A stretch of DNA of 64,000 nt. Origin: an uncultured Chloroflexia bacterium (lineage in GTDB: Bacteria; Chloroflexota; Limnocylindria; Limnocylindrales; CSP1-4). Below the pieces are notes generated by a model. The model ran no database searches, had not been told where the DNA came from, and was given only the letters and a program-made list of their open reading frames with translations. The stretch is taken from positions 32,001-96,000 of the forward strand of contig CAVTHS010000008.1 in NCBI GenBank assembly GCA_963734535.1, given 5' to 3'. The position numbers and the translations under genes are program-made. Position 1 is the stretch's first letter, and each line of letters opens with the position of its first letter. This document shows, piece after piece, positions 50,671 through 59,278 of this stretch.

Positions 50671-50694
50671 TACGATCGTAGCGAAACAGTTTCG
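50671..50694. promoter_or_regulatory. Palindromes at the marR-like start (putative -10 element and operator)
   Basis: TACGATCGTA (50671-50680) and CGAAAC-A-GTTTCG (50682-50694) directly upstream of ATG 50667. Confidence 0.5.
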
Positions 50695-50783
50695 TCCGTG
50701 CGAGCCCGGGCGTGGATCGTCCCCTGTCGGTGGGGAGCGCGGTCGAGCGACCGACCTGGAAGGCGGCGTCCCCGGCGTCGACC

Positions 50784-50975
50784 TCAGCCGATGTGCGCTG
50801 CCGCCATGAACCCGAGCAGCGCGCCGACCACCGTGACGACGGGGACGAGCAGGACCAGCAGCAGCAATGCGACCGACGTCGCGACGAACAGCGGGACCAT
50901 CGATCCGGGACCTCGAGCTCGATCTCGAGCGAGATCAATCGGCCCCAGTGTCCGGCGGCCGGGCCGCTGCGTCAT
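50784..50975 (-). CDS. Small hydrophobic protein
   Basis: 63-aa ORF with a long hydrophobic C-terminal half; palindrome ATTACGG-C-CCGTAAT (51019-51033) upstream. Confidence 0.45.
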   Translation of the reverse strand: MTQRPGRRTLGPIDLARDRARGPGSMVPLFVATSVALLLLVLLVPVVTVVGALLGFMAAAHIG

Positions 50976-51199
50976 GACGGTCCGTCATTCCGGGCAGTCA
51001 ACCTCGGTCAACGAAGAGATTACGGCCCGTAATGACACATCGGGGTGCGGGGGGCCAGAATCCCGCATCGATCCGGCAGCGCCGCCGATCGGGGCCGGGT
51101 CGACGAGTCTCGAACGCTCCTGCCTGCCCCGGTGTCGGTGGATCCCCCTCCGCGCGCGACGCCGGGGCAGGCGATTTCCTTCACTGAAGGTGGCGGAGG

Positions 51200-51670
51200 T
51201 CATTCCGGGGCTTCCGCGATCGCCCGACCGACCTCTTCGAACGGGATGGATGGCCAGGGCGCGCCGCGCTTCGCGAGGTACTCGTTCGCCCTGCGCCGCC
51301 CGAGCCGGTAGAAGGCGAGCATGTGCAGCGGTGCGCCAGCGTGCGGCATCTGGTCGGTGCCGGCACGGCCGTTCGCCGTCACGAACTCGGTCACCCTGAG
51401 CACGACGCTGCCGCCGTCGGCAACGAGCTCGCCCTTCAGCACCACCTGCCGCAGGCCCTCGAGCCGGTCGTCGTGCACGTGGAACAGGAGGCACGCCAGC
51501 CCGGTCCGTCCGTGTGCGAGCGGTGGCAGCACGCGGAACAGGACGCTCGCGCGAGCCTCATCGAGCTCGACGGCCACGCGCACGCTGACCGGATACCCGG
51601 ACGGGTCGACCCAGCTCAGGACGCCGGTGGGATACGACAGCACACGCTCGGCCAGGCGCCTATCCCACAT
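51200..51670 (-). CDS. PNPOx-like split-barrel protein
   Basis: VLSWVDPSGYPVSVRV, ACLLFHVHD; overlaps the upstream PNPOx gene. Confidence 0.7.
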   Translation of the reverse strand: MWDRRLAERVLSYPTGVLSWVDPSGYPVSVRVAVELDEARASVLFRVLPPLAHGRTGLACLLFHVHDDRLEGLRQVVLKGELVADGGSVVLRVTEFVTANGRAGTDQMPHAGAPLHMLAFYRLGRRRANEYLAKRGAPWPSIPFEEVGRAIAEAPE

Positions 51671-52169
51671 CGTCGAGCTCGATCACCTGTGGCATCGCGG
51701 CGAAGTCGCCCCCGGGCCAGACGAGGATGCGCCGGGGCGTGACGGTCAGCGAGATGCGCTGGAACAGGTACCACAGGAACAGCTTGCGGACCACCCGGTT
51801 GCTGGTGAATCGCCGGCTGTCGGGCTGACGCTTCGAGACCGTCTTGAACAGCCCGATGATGTCCGGCGTGTAGTCGAGCACCTCGGCCACGGCCGCGTCG
51901 CCCTGGACCAGGACCGCCGGCGGATGGTCGAGGCGGGAGCCGGTCGGGTCCGAGTAGAGCAGCGAGACCTGCGGATGGCGACGGGCATTGAATGCCTTGA
52001 CCGGGAAGGCGATCGACACGGCGCACACGATGTGCCCCTCCGCCACGTCCAGGTACGGCACGGACGGCCAGGTCATCGGCTGGCCCTGCCGGTTCACCGT
52101 TGTGAACTCGCACGTGTAGAAGTCGCGCAGGACGGCTTCGACGTCGGGCGGCAGCGTCAGCCCGGCCAT
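51660..52169 (-). CDS. Pyridoxamine 5'-phosphate oxidase family (FMN/F420 split barrel)
   Basis: CEFTTVNRQGQP.TWP, KAFNARRHPQVSLL, VLVQGDA. Confidence 0.85.
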   Translation of the reverse strand: MAGLTLPPDVEAVLRDFYTCEFTTVNRQGQPMTWPSVPYLDVAEGHIVCAVSIAFPVKAFNARRHPQVSLLYSDPTGSRLDHPPAVLVQGDAAVAEVLDYTPDIIGLFKTVSKRQPDSRRFTSNRVVRKLFLWYLFQRISLTVTPRRILVWPGGDFAAMPQVIELDDVG

Positions 52170-52218
52170 GCAGGCCCGTCCCCGCGCACCTCGCCGCCGA
52201 CCCGGCGCCCCCGCATCG

Positions 52219-53067
52219 CTAGGCCGTCACCGCGGGTCCCGCCGGAAGCGCGAGACCGCCGCGCTTCGATTCCATCGCCGCGTACAGCCTGAGCAGGGCG
52301 ACGAGGAGGAGCGCCAGACCGCCCACGAAGATCCAGGTCATCGGGCGGTCCTGGTTGAAGTCGCTCCACGCGCGCGCTGCTCCGAGGAGGATCAGCGCCA
52401 CACCGATCGCCTGGCTCTGGAGAAGGATCCGCCAGGAGCCCCAGCGCGCATCGGTCGCGTACATCAGCCCGAGCACGCCCGGCAGCGCGAACCAGCCCCC
52501 GATCACCCGTGACGTCAGCGGGGTGAGCGTCCAGGGCCAGACGCTTGCGGCCGTATCGGGGAGCAGGAACATGAACAGCGCCATCGCGACCAGTGCCAGC
52601 CCCACGCCAAGGGCGGCCATCCGGACCGGGGCCGGGACGGTGACGTCGCCCGGGACGAGCGTGCCCGGGTCGGTCGCCCGGTTCCGGAGCCACAGGAGCG
52701 GCACGATGATCGGCGTGACCAGGTAGAGGATGAGCCACGCAAAGAACGAGACGTGCTCGTGGTTGAACTTCTCCCAGCCGAGCACCGTGGCACCAGCCAT
52801 GAACCAGGTGAAGGCTGCGATCGGGAGGAATCCGAGCGTGTAGGAGCTCCATCGACCGCCCATGACGAGCCGGACGAAGAAGTACGACCCCGAGATGTAG
52901 CCCCCGCCCATCATCAACGGGGTCATCGCCGGCCTGATGGTCCAGGCGAAGAGCTTCTCCGTGTCGTTCGGGAAGACGTACAGGATGATGAAGGCGACGA
53001 TGAGGAACGGAGGAATCAGCGCCCCGATGATCCTGGTCTCCGGGAACAGGCGATCGTCGCGCACCAT
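52219..53067 (-). CDS. Conserved 8-TM membrane protein with internal duplication
   Basis: Repeated FAWTI.P.MTP / VWPWTLTPLT motifs. Confidence 0.8.
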   Translation of the reverse strand: MVRDDRLFPETRIIGALIPPFLIVAFIILYVFPNDTEKLFAWTIRPAMTPLMMGGGYISGSYFFVRLVMGGRWSSYTLGFLPIAAFTWFMAGATVLGWEKFNHEHVSFFAWLILYLVTPIIVPLLWLRNRATDPGTLVPGDVTVPAPVRMAALGVGLALVAMALFMFLLPDTAASVWPWTLTPLTSRVIGGWFALPGVLGLMYATDARWGSWRILLQSQAIGVALILLGAARAWSDFNQDRPMTWIFVGGLALLLVALLRLYAAMESKRGGLALPAGPAVTA

Positions 53068-53369
53068 CCACCCCCCTCATGATGATTCGCCGAGATCCGT
53101 TGCGCGGGAGTATCGCAGGTCACGCGGCGATCGCAGTGTCCAAACGCGCGATCGCCCGGGGCGGGACCCGAGTCTTTCGGACCGTGCCTGACCGGCATCG
53201 ATCGCCCGGCGGCGGCCGAACGGCACTGGACGCTGGCGGATCAGGAGCACACGGTTCGAGGCGTCAGTTTGTCGATGCCAGCGGCGCGTCCAGCCACGAG
53301 TCGATCGGGTCGCCGAGCCGCGCGGAGTCGCTGGTGGACCTGGATTCGCCGACCCGACGGAGGCGCATC

Positions 53370-53558
53370 ATGACGCTCAACCGGACGATCCTCGGGCCAC
53401 GGGGCGCGTCCTTCGGGGCTCTGGTTCGGGCCATGCTCATCATCGCGGCGGTCATCGTCGTGATGCTGGTCCTGACCGCGATCTTCGGCGTGCAGCAGCT
53501 TGGCCCATCTCTCGAGATCACGCCTGATCCTGCATCCGGCCTCGGACTGCCGTTCTGA
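53370..53558 (+). CDS. Small single-TM protein
   Basis: GGAGG RBS; TM helix followed by ITPDPASGLGLPF. Confidence 0.6.
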   Translation: MTLNRTILGPRGASFGALVRAMLIIAAVIVVMLVLTAIFGVQQLGPSLEITPDPASGLGLPF

Positions 53559-53595
53559 CGTCGGGGGCTTGAGGTCCCTGGCGGGCCGCCGCCGC

Positions 53596-53670
53596 CCGCT
53601 GCTGGCCTCCCGGCCGCAGCTGGCCTCCCGGCCGCTGCTCGCCTCCTGGCCGCTGCTCGCCTCCCGGCCG
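53596..53670. repeat. 18-bp intergenic tandem repeat (CCGCTGCTGGCCTCCCGG, ~4 copies)
   Basis: Seen directly. Confidence 0.8.
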
Positions 53671-53829
53671 TTGCGATGTTCGTTCGGAACCGCCGCACGA
53701 GAGCCCGACCGGTCCGTGCTACCGTGTCCCACCTGTTCATGAGGCCCGGCTTCCGGCGCACGTGAACGCGGCGTCCGGCAGAGCACGGTGACGGCTCGAC
53801 CGGAGGACAGACGCAGGGGAGGGAACGCG

Positions 53830-54571
53830 ATGCTGGCCCGGTACCGGAACCTGGCGACACCGCTCGCGCTGGTCGCGGCGGTGATCCTCGTCTACATGGA
53901 GAACCCCTGGTTCTTCCCCAAGGATGGCACGATCGAGAACGACGTCGCGACCGTCGCGTTCTGGGTCCTCACGATCGTCGTGCTGATCCTCATGTTCGAG
54001 GATCGCAAGTCCCCCGGCGCCGAGGTCGTCAACGTCGAGGGACCCGCATTCGCGCGGTACCTCTTCAGCAACACCACGGCGGGCCTGTTCTGGCTGCCGA
54101 TCCGCATCTTCCTGGGCTTCGAATGGGCGGTCGCGGGCTGGCACAAGCTGTCCGGCGCGGGCTGGATCGATGGGGGCGGGGCGATCCTCGGCTACTGGCA
54201 GAAGGCGGTCGCGGTCCCGGCCCAGGGCTCCGCGCCGATCACGTTCGACTGGTACCGCTCGTTCCTCCAGCTCCTCATCGACAACCACGCCCAGGGTCTG
54301 TTCGGCTGGCTCATCGCGGTCGGCGAGCTCGCCGTGGGCAGTCGCCCTCCTCGTCGGGGCGCTCGTCGGGGTCGCGGCCTTCTTCGGGGTGGTGATGAAC
54401 ATGTCCTACCTGCTCGCCGGTTCGACGTCGTCGAACCCGGTCATGTTCGCGCTTGCGATCGGCCTGATCCTGGCCTGGAGGGTGGCCGGGTACTACGGCG
54501 TCGACCGCTACCTCCTGCCGCGCCTCGGCGTGCCTTGGCGGGCGAAGGTGGTCATCCCGAGTCGATCGTGA
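53830..54571 (+). CDS. DoxX/DoxD (thiosulfate:quinone oxidoreductase small-subunit-like) membrane protein; frameshift near 54340
   Basis: RIFLGFEW..AGWHK, WYRSFL, GELAVG, MNMSYLLAGSTSSNP, AGYYGVDR. Confidence 0.85.
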
Positions 54572-54626
54572 AGCGAAGCCGCTTCTGAATCCCGCGCGGC
54601 AGCTGCCCGGGTCGGGGACGCGCTCC

Positions 54627-55145
54627 TCAGATCGGCCGACGTGAGCGGCTCCGGCGGCGCCTGGCTCCGCTCGATCCTGCCGAGTCGATCGCCACGATGC
54701 TGATCGAGCCGTCCGCCTCGAGCGTGGCGAGCTTCAGCTCCTTGACGTCGTCGAGCCCGTGCTCGCGCAGCGCCGCCTCGACGTCCACGAGGTCGAGGCC
54801 CTGACCCTCGAGCACCGGGAACAGCCACGCGCCATCGCGGCCGATGACCGTCGGCGCGGACTCGAGGAGCCGGCGAATGAAGGAGCTCCGCACCCGTAGC
54901 TCGGCGACCGCTCGGTTGAGGACGAAGATCGTCAGGATGATGATCAGCCCACCCGGGATCGACGCATCCGACCCCGTGATCGCCGGCTGGAGCGCATTCG
55001 CGGCCAGGAGCACGAGCGCGAGGTCGAAGAGCGTGAACTGGCCGACCTCGCGCTTGCCGAACAGGCGAAGGGCGCCGAAGAAGATGAAATAGATGATCGC
55101 CGCCCGTGCCACGAGCTCGAGCGGCGGCGTACCGAGCGTCCACAT
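54627..55145 (-). CDS. DUF421 (YetF) domain membrane protein
   Basis: RLFGKREVGQFTLFDL, LREHG, ATLEADGSIS. Confidence 0.9.
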   Translation of the reverse strand: MWTLGTPPLELVARAAIIYFIFFGALRLFGKREVGQFTLFDLALVLLAANALQPAITGSDASIPGGLIIILTIFVLNRAVAELRVRSSFIRRLLESAPTVIGRDGAWLFPVLEGQGLDLVDVEAALREHGLDDVKELKLATLEADGSISIVAIDSAGSSGARRRRSRSRRPI

Positions 55146-55189
55146 GCGGCGGCTCCTCGGGTCGGGACGCGATCAGCTGGTCGATGGCT

Positions 55190-55252
55190 GCGCCGTGCTG
55201 CGGCGCCCGGCGCCGTGCTGCCTGGCGCCGTGCTGCCTGGCGCCGTGCTGCG
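55190..55252. repeat. 15-bp tandem repeat (GGCGCCGTGCTGCCT, ~3 copies plus a partial)
   Basis: Seen directly. Confidence 0.75.
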
Positions 55253-55284
55253 GTACCAGGCACCGGGCTGCCGGTGCTGCGGGC

Positions 55285-55695
55285 TCAGCCCCTGGCGCGC
55301 ATCCGGTTGTTCTTGGCGTCGTGGGTCACCTCGGCGAGACCGAGCGCCTCCAGGAGCGGCGGCATGTACACGCCGAACCGCCCGCGCAGGCCCTTCTTGA
55401 GTCCGTACCAGCCGCCGAGCGGGTTCGACTCCGAGCGACCCCACGCCTCCACCGACCCATCGGGCGCGGGCTTCTGCTCATCCGCGCCGCCGAGCGGCAT
55501 CCAGTCGCCGTGCGCCTTGAGCATCGCCTGGAGGTCGTCGATCGCCCGGGCGTCGTAGAGCAGCTTCGTCCCGCCGACCTGGCAGACGATCACCGGCGGA
55601 TCGGCCGTGTCGTCGCGGTACATCGTGTACTCCGATGTCCCGGGCGGGGTTCTCAGGACCCACGGGTCGTCCTTGGTGCCGGTGCCGGTCGCCAT
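55285..55695 (-). CDS. Conserved protein (DUF6855-like)
   Basis: GTKDDPWVLRTPPGTSEYTMY...GWYGLKKGLRGRFGVYMPP...NNRMRA; GGAGG RBS. Confidence 0.8.
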   Translation of the reverse strand: MATGTGTKDDPWVLRTPPGTSEYTMYRDDTADPPVIVCQVGGTKLLYDARAIDDLQAMLKAHGDWMPLGGADEQKPAPDGSVEAWGRSESNPLGGWYGLKKGLRGRFGVYMPPLLEALGLAEVTHDAKNNRMRARG

Positions 55696-55859
55696 GTCGC
55701 GTCCCCTCCAGGTTGCCCTTCGCCGTTCGTCAAGATGACAAGTCTGCCATCGTTCGTGCGATCCGAAACTCGTTGACTCGAACGCCGGCCAGGCCCGTCC
55801 GGGGCCAGTTGGCGAACCCGGCGGATGGCATGTCTTCGTGTCCGCGCGATCGTTTGCCT

Positions 55860-56040
55860 CGCGCCGCCGAGCCCGCCGAGCCCGCCGAGCCCGCCGCGCT
55901 CGCCGCGCCCGCCACGCCGCGCCGCGCCGCGCCGCGCCGCCGCGCCACCGTGCAGCCGCGCCGCGCCCCGCGAACGCCCCCGCGCGCCACGCCGCCGCGT
56001 CCCCGCACCGCCACGCCGCAAACGTCGCCCGCGAACGTCC
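55860..56040. repeat. Low-complexity GC-rich microsatellite tract (GCCGAGCCC, CGCGC units)
   Basis: Seen directly. Confidence 0.7.
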
Positions 56041-56092
56041 TCGGTAAGTCCGGGATGAGCGCCGGGAGAGCGACCGTGGCGATGCTGCCACC

Positions 56093-57253
56093 GTGAATGA
56101 TCTGACGGTCGGCCGCGCCATCCGGCTCCTGCGCCGGCGTCGCCGTTGGCGTCAACGCGACCTGGCAGCGAGGGCAGGCGTGAGCCAGCCGACCGTCTCG
56201 GCCCTCGAGCGCGGCCAGATCGCTTGCACGCCCATGAGAACCTTGCGAATGGTCCTCGACGCCCTGGACGCCACCGTGTGGCTCGACCTCTCGTGGCGGG
56301 GCGGCATCATCGCCCGACTGCTCGATGAGCGCCATGCTGCGCTGGTTGGCGCCGTCGCGGGATCGCTCACGACCTGGCGCTGGGAGGTCGTCCCCGAGGT
56401 GTCGTACTCCGAGTATGGCGAGCGAGGCTCCATCGACCTGGTGGCCTGGCGCGGGGACTCGCGCACGCTCCTCATCGTCGAGGTCAAGACAGAGCTGGTG
56501 TCGGTCGAGGCGACCCTTCGCAAGCTCGACGAGAAGGTTCGCCTGGGACCGAAGATCGTCGGCGAGCGCCTTGGCTGGCGCCCTGCTGTCGTTGCCCGTC
56601 TGCTCATCCTGCCGTCCGATCGAACACAGCGACGGCATGTCGAGCGGCACGCCGCGGTGCTCGAACGCGCTCTGCCGATCCGCGGGCGCGCGATCCGGTC
56701 GTGGCTGCACGACCCTCGGGGGCCGGTCGCCGGTCTATGGTTCGTCTCGGTGGTCGAGGCCGCCTCGGCACGCACGAACCCTTCGGCACGCACGAACCCT
56801 TCGGCACGCACGAACCTGGCCGGCCTCGGCTGCGCGCGCGACCGGGGATGGGACCGCCGCCATACGGCGGGGGGTTCCTCGCGCGAATTCAGCCGGGGCG
56901 GCGGCTCGGCGTACGAATTGAGCCGCGGGCGACGCCACGACCCGGACCCGGCACCAGCACGCCTCCCGGCCGCAGCGTGCCGGCCCGCCCGGGAGTCCTG
57001 GCCGACCGTACGGCTCACGCCGGCGCTTCCACGCTCCGCTTCGTGTCGAATATCGGCCACACCAATGCGGGGATTGGACGTGACACGTGCCGCGGCGGCC
57101 CGATCCACGATCCTGGCTCGGCGCCCGAGCGAGGGAACGGCAATCGGCGTTCCACCGGCCGCCGACGCCGGGCGCAGCGCCGATCCGGCAACAGCGCGGC
57201 TGGCATCTGGCAGGATTCTGGCTGGAGCGCCGATCCGGCAGCAGCCCGGCTGA
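56093..57253 (+). CDS. XRE-HTH + PD-(D/E)XK (RecB/DUF559-like) nuclease; conserved part ends near 56760 and the ORF reads on into repeats
   Basis: LRRRRRWRQRDLAARAGVSQPTVSALERG HTH; H..L, EVSYSEYGERGSIDLVAW, LIVEVKT, LDEK. Confidence 0.8.
   Translation: MNDLTVGRAIRLLRRRRRWRQRDLAARAGVSQPTVSALERGQIACTPMRTLRMVLDALDATVWLDLSWRGGIIARLLDERHAALVGAVAGSLTTWRWEVVPEVSYSEYGERGSIDLVAWRGDSRTLLIVEVKTELVSVEATLRKLDEKVRLGPKIVGERLGWRPAVVARLLILPSDRTQRRHVERHAAVLERALPIRGRAIRSWLHDPRGPVAGLWFVSVVEAASARTNPSARTNPSARTNLAGLGCARDRGWDRRHTAGGSSREFSRGGGSAYELSRGRRHDPDPAPARLPAAACRPARESWPTVRLTPALPRSASCRISATPMRGLDVTRAAAARSTILARRPSEGTAIGVPPAADAGRSADPATARLASGRILAGAPIRQQPG
56767..56817. repeat. 18-bp tandem repeat (GGCACGCACGAACCCTTC, 3 copies; SARTNP)
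   Basis: Seen directly, right after the nuclease domain. Confidence 0.8.
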
Positions 57254-57380
57254 TATCCGACACGGAATCGCGCCCGGGCCTCATCCGGCAGCAGCCCGGC
57301 TGATATCCGACACTGAATCGCGCCCGAGCATCATCCGGCAGCAGCCCGGCTGATGGATGGCACGTTTCCGATGTCGAAGC
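57177..57380. repeat. Four-unit array with exact 50-bp period
   Basis: ATCCGGCAGCAGCCCGGCTGA (unit 1 has 3 mismatches) starts at 57183, 57233, 57283 and 57333. Confidence 0.85.
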
Positions 57381-57417
57381 CACCCGGGCCCGCACGCAGA
57401 CCGCGTCGCCACCCTGG

Positions 57418-57682
57418 GAGCCGGAGCCGCCGGAGCCGCCGGAGCTGCTGGAGTTGCACGGGCCGCCGGAGCTGCTGGAGGGGCACGAGCCGACGCAGCG
57501 GCACGAACCGACGCAGCGGCACGGGCCGCCGGAGCTGCTGGAGGGGCACGAGCCGACGCAGCGGCACGAACCGACGCAGCGGCACGGGCCGCCGGAGATG
57601 CTGGAGGGGCACGAGCCGACGCAGCGGCACGGGCCGCCGGAGATGCTGGAGGGGCACGAGCCGACGCAGCGGCACGAACCGC
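57418..57682. repeat. Modular minisatellite built from 9-bp blocks (two 63-bp and two ~45-bp units)
   Basis: Blocks GCACGGGCC, GCCGGAGCT, GCTGGAGGG, GCACGAGCC, GACGCAGCG, GCACGAACC. Confidence 0.85.
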
Positions 57683-57739
57683 CCTGGCCGCACGGCTCTG
57701 CGAAATCCGCCGCGAGGCAGGGCCCCACAGCCCTGCGTC

Positions 57740-58897
57740 CTATTTGATGAGTGCGAGCACCTTCGGAACGAGCGCCTCGTCGGTCGTCTCGACGTCGAAG
57801 GCGACGGTGGCGTTCGCGTACACGTAATCCGCCGGACCCTGCGTGTAGCCGATCTTCGTCAGCTTGTGGCCGGCGATCGTCACGGTCGAGCGCGTCGGCG
57901 TCTCCGTCGTGTTCGTCATCCAGCTGGCGACGACCGCCGCGGCGAGATCGGTTCCCGGCACGCCATTGACCCGGAATGCGAAGAGCCGTACCTGGAGCGC
58001 GCCGGTCGCGTCATGGGACTCGGCGATCTCGAGGTCGGCGGCCGTCTTGCCGAGCTTCCCGAGCGAGGTGATCAGCGACCGGCTGGTCTCGTCGGTTCCG
58101 AGGGCGGCGGTCCCTGAAACGCTCTGGCTCGTCATGGGGGCGCCGTCAACGGTCACTGGCAGGAGCGCCTCGAGGTCGGGGGCGACGTGGCTCACCGGCG
58201 CTGGGCTGGGGCTCGGGCCCACGCTCGGAATCGCGCTCGGCTCGACCGACGCCAGGGCCGCCGGGGAGGCGCCGGCGCCCGGGCTCGCGCTCGTCGAGGA
58301 AGGTCGCGGGCTCGCCGAGAGGGCCTGGACCATCGCCGCGTCGACGGCGCCTGCGACCGACTCGAGGACCGCCTGGTCCACCGTGGTCGGTGTCGTGATG
58401 TCGGCGACGAGAATCCCGCGGCGGACGAAGATCGTGTTGCTGACGGTGCGCGTGCTCGTGACGGCCGCCGACTCGTCGCCCAGCTGTGGCACGCTCATGT
58501 CGGTCGAGCCGGCGCCCACCGCGGAGTCGTGGTCGCGGGCGAACGCAAGCTGGGCGTCGGTCCCGTAGCAGCTGATGCTGATGAACGCGGTGGGTGCCTG
58601 CGTCCCGTCCGACGGAGTCGGTCCGACGAGCGTCGTCGTGAGAACGTCGACGAGGAACCGCGTCGAGGCGATCGCCCAGCCCGAGGGGAGCGACGTCGCG
58701 CTCGGAACCGCGTACCAGGTGACGGTCCGGCAGGCCTTCGCGTCCGCCTGGCTCGATGAATCGGACCCGCGAACGAGCACGATCGCGACAGCGACGACGG
58801 CGACCAGCATCGCGACGATGCTCAGGGCCGCCGCCACGACGACGGTGCGTCGATACCGGTCGCCCGACCCCACCGCCTCGCGGTCCCGTCGGCTCAT
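57740..58897 (-). CDS. Membrane-anchored extracytoplasmic hypothetical protein
   Basis: N-terminal TM, S/P/A-rich linker, C-terminal HVAPDLEALLP..VDG domain. Confidence 0.75.
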   Translation of the reverse strand: MSRRDREAVGSGDRYRRTVVVAAALSIVAMLVAVVAVAIVLVRGSDSSSQADAKACRTVTWYAVPSATSLPSGWAIASTRFLVDVLTTTLVGPTPSDGTQAPTAFISISCYGTDAQLAFARDHDSAVGAGSTDMSVPQLGDESAAVTSTRTVSNTIFVRRGILVADITTPTTVDQAVLESVAGAVDAAMVQALSASPRPSSTSASPGAGASPAALASVEPSAIPSVGPSPSPAPVSHVAPDLEALLPVTVDGAPMTSQSVSGTAALGTDETSRSLITSLGKLGKTAADLEIAESHDATGALQVRLFAFRVNGVPGTDLAAAVVASWMTNTTETPTRSTVTIAGHKLTKIGYTQGPADYVYANATVAFDVETTDEALVPKVLALIK

Positions 58898-58911
58898 CCC
58901 CACGATCCGCT

Positions 58912-59068
58912 CATGCGCCGGCCGCGAGTCATGCGCCGGCGGCCGCGCAGGCGCCGGCCGCCGAGGCCACGGCCGCCGAGCAGGCGCCGGCCTCGAGTCA
59001 TGCGCCGGCGACCGCGCAGGCGCCGGCCGCCAAGCAGGCGCCGGCCGCCGAGGCCACGGCCGCGTGCA
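58912..59068. repeat. 18/15-bp degenerate tandem repeat (CA(T/G)GCGCCGGCCGCCGAG, ~9 units)
   Basis: Seen directly in the divergent intergenic region. Confidence 0.8.
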
Positions 59069-59278
59069 TCAACCATGCGACTCCCTTCGAGGTCGGCTGA
59101 CGGGCCGCGCAACCGCACGATCGACGGGCCCGAGCGGCCACTGTACCGCGGCGCCATGGCGAGAGCGCATCGTGCTGACGGCGAGCTGGAACCATGGAAC
59201 CGGTGCCCGGCCATCGCCGGAACGTTCGCCCCTTCGGGCAGCCCGGCTCGGCAGCCTGGCGGATAGCATTCCTCACTG

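Noticed and set aside
53226-53293. Stem-loop CTGGACGC...GCGTCCAG upstream of the small TM gene
   Set aside because: No match to a riboswitch I recognise; the pairing is plausible by chance at this GC content.
57177-57380. Canonical CRISPR array
   Set aside because: Only four units, a short weakly palindromic repeat, two near-identical spacers and no cas1/cas2 or effector genes; kept as an unexplained array.
57015-57827. Cys-rich or repetitive peptides (GGPCRCVGSCPSS; HEPTQR) as RiPP precursors or metallothionein
   Set aside because: They are translations of the DNA minisatellite in several frames, with no RBS and no modifying enzymes nearby.
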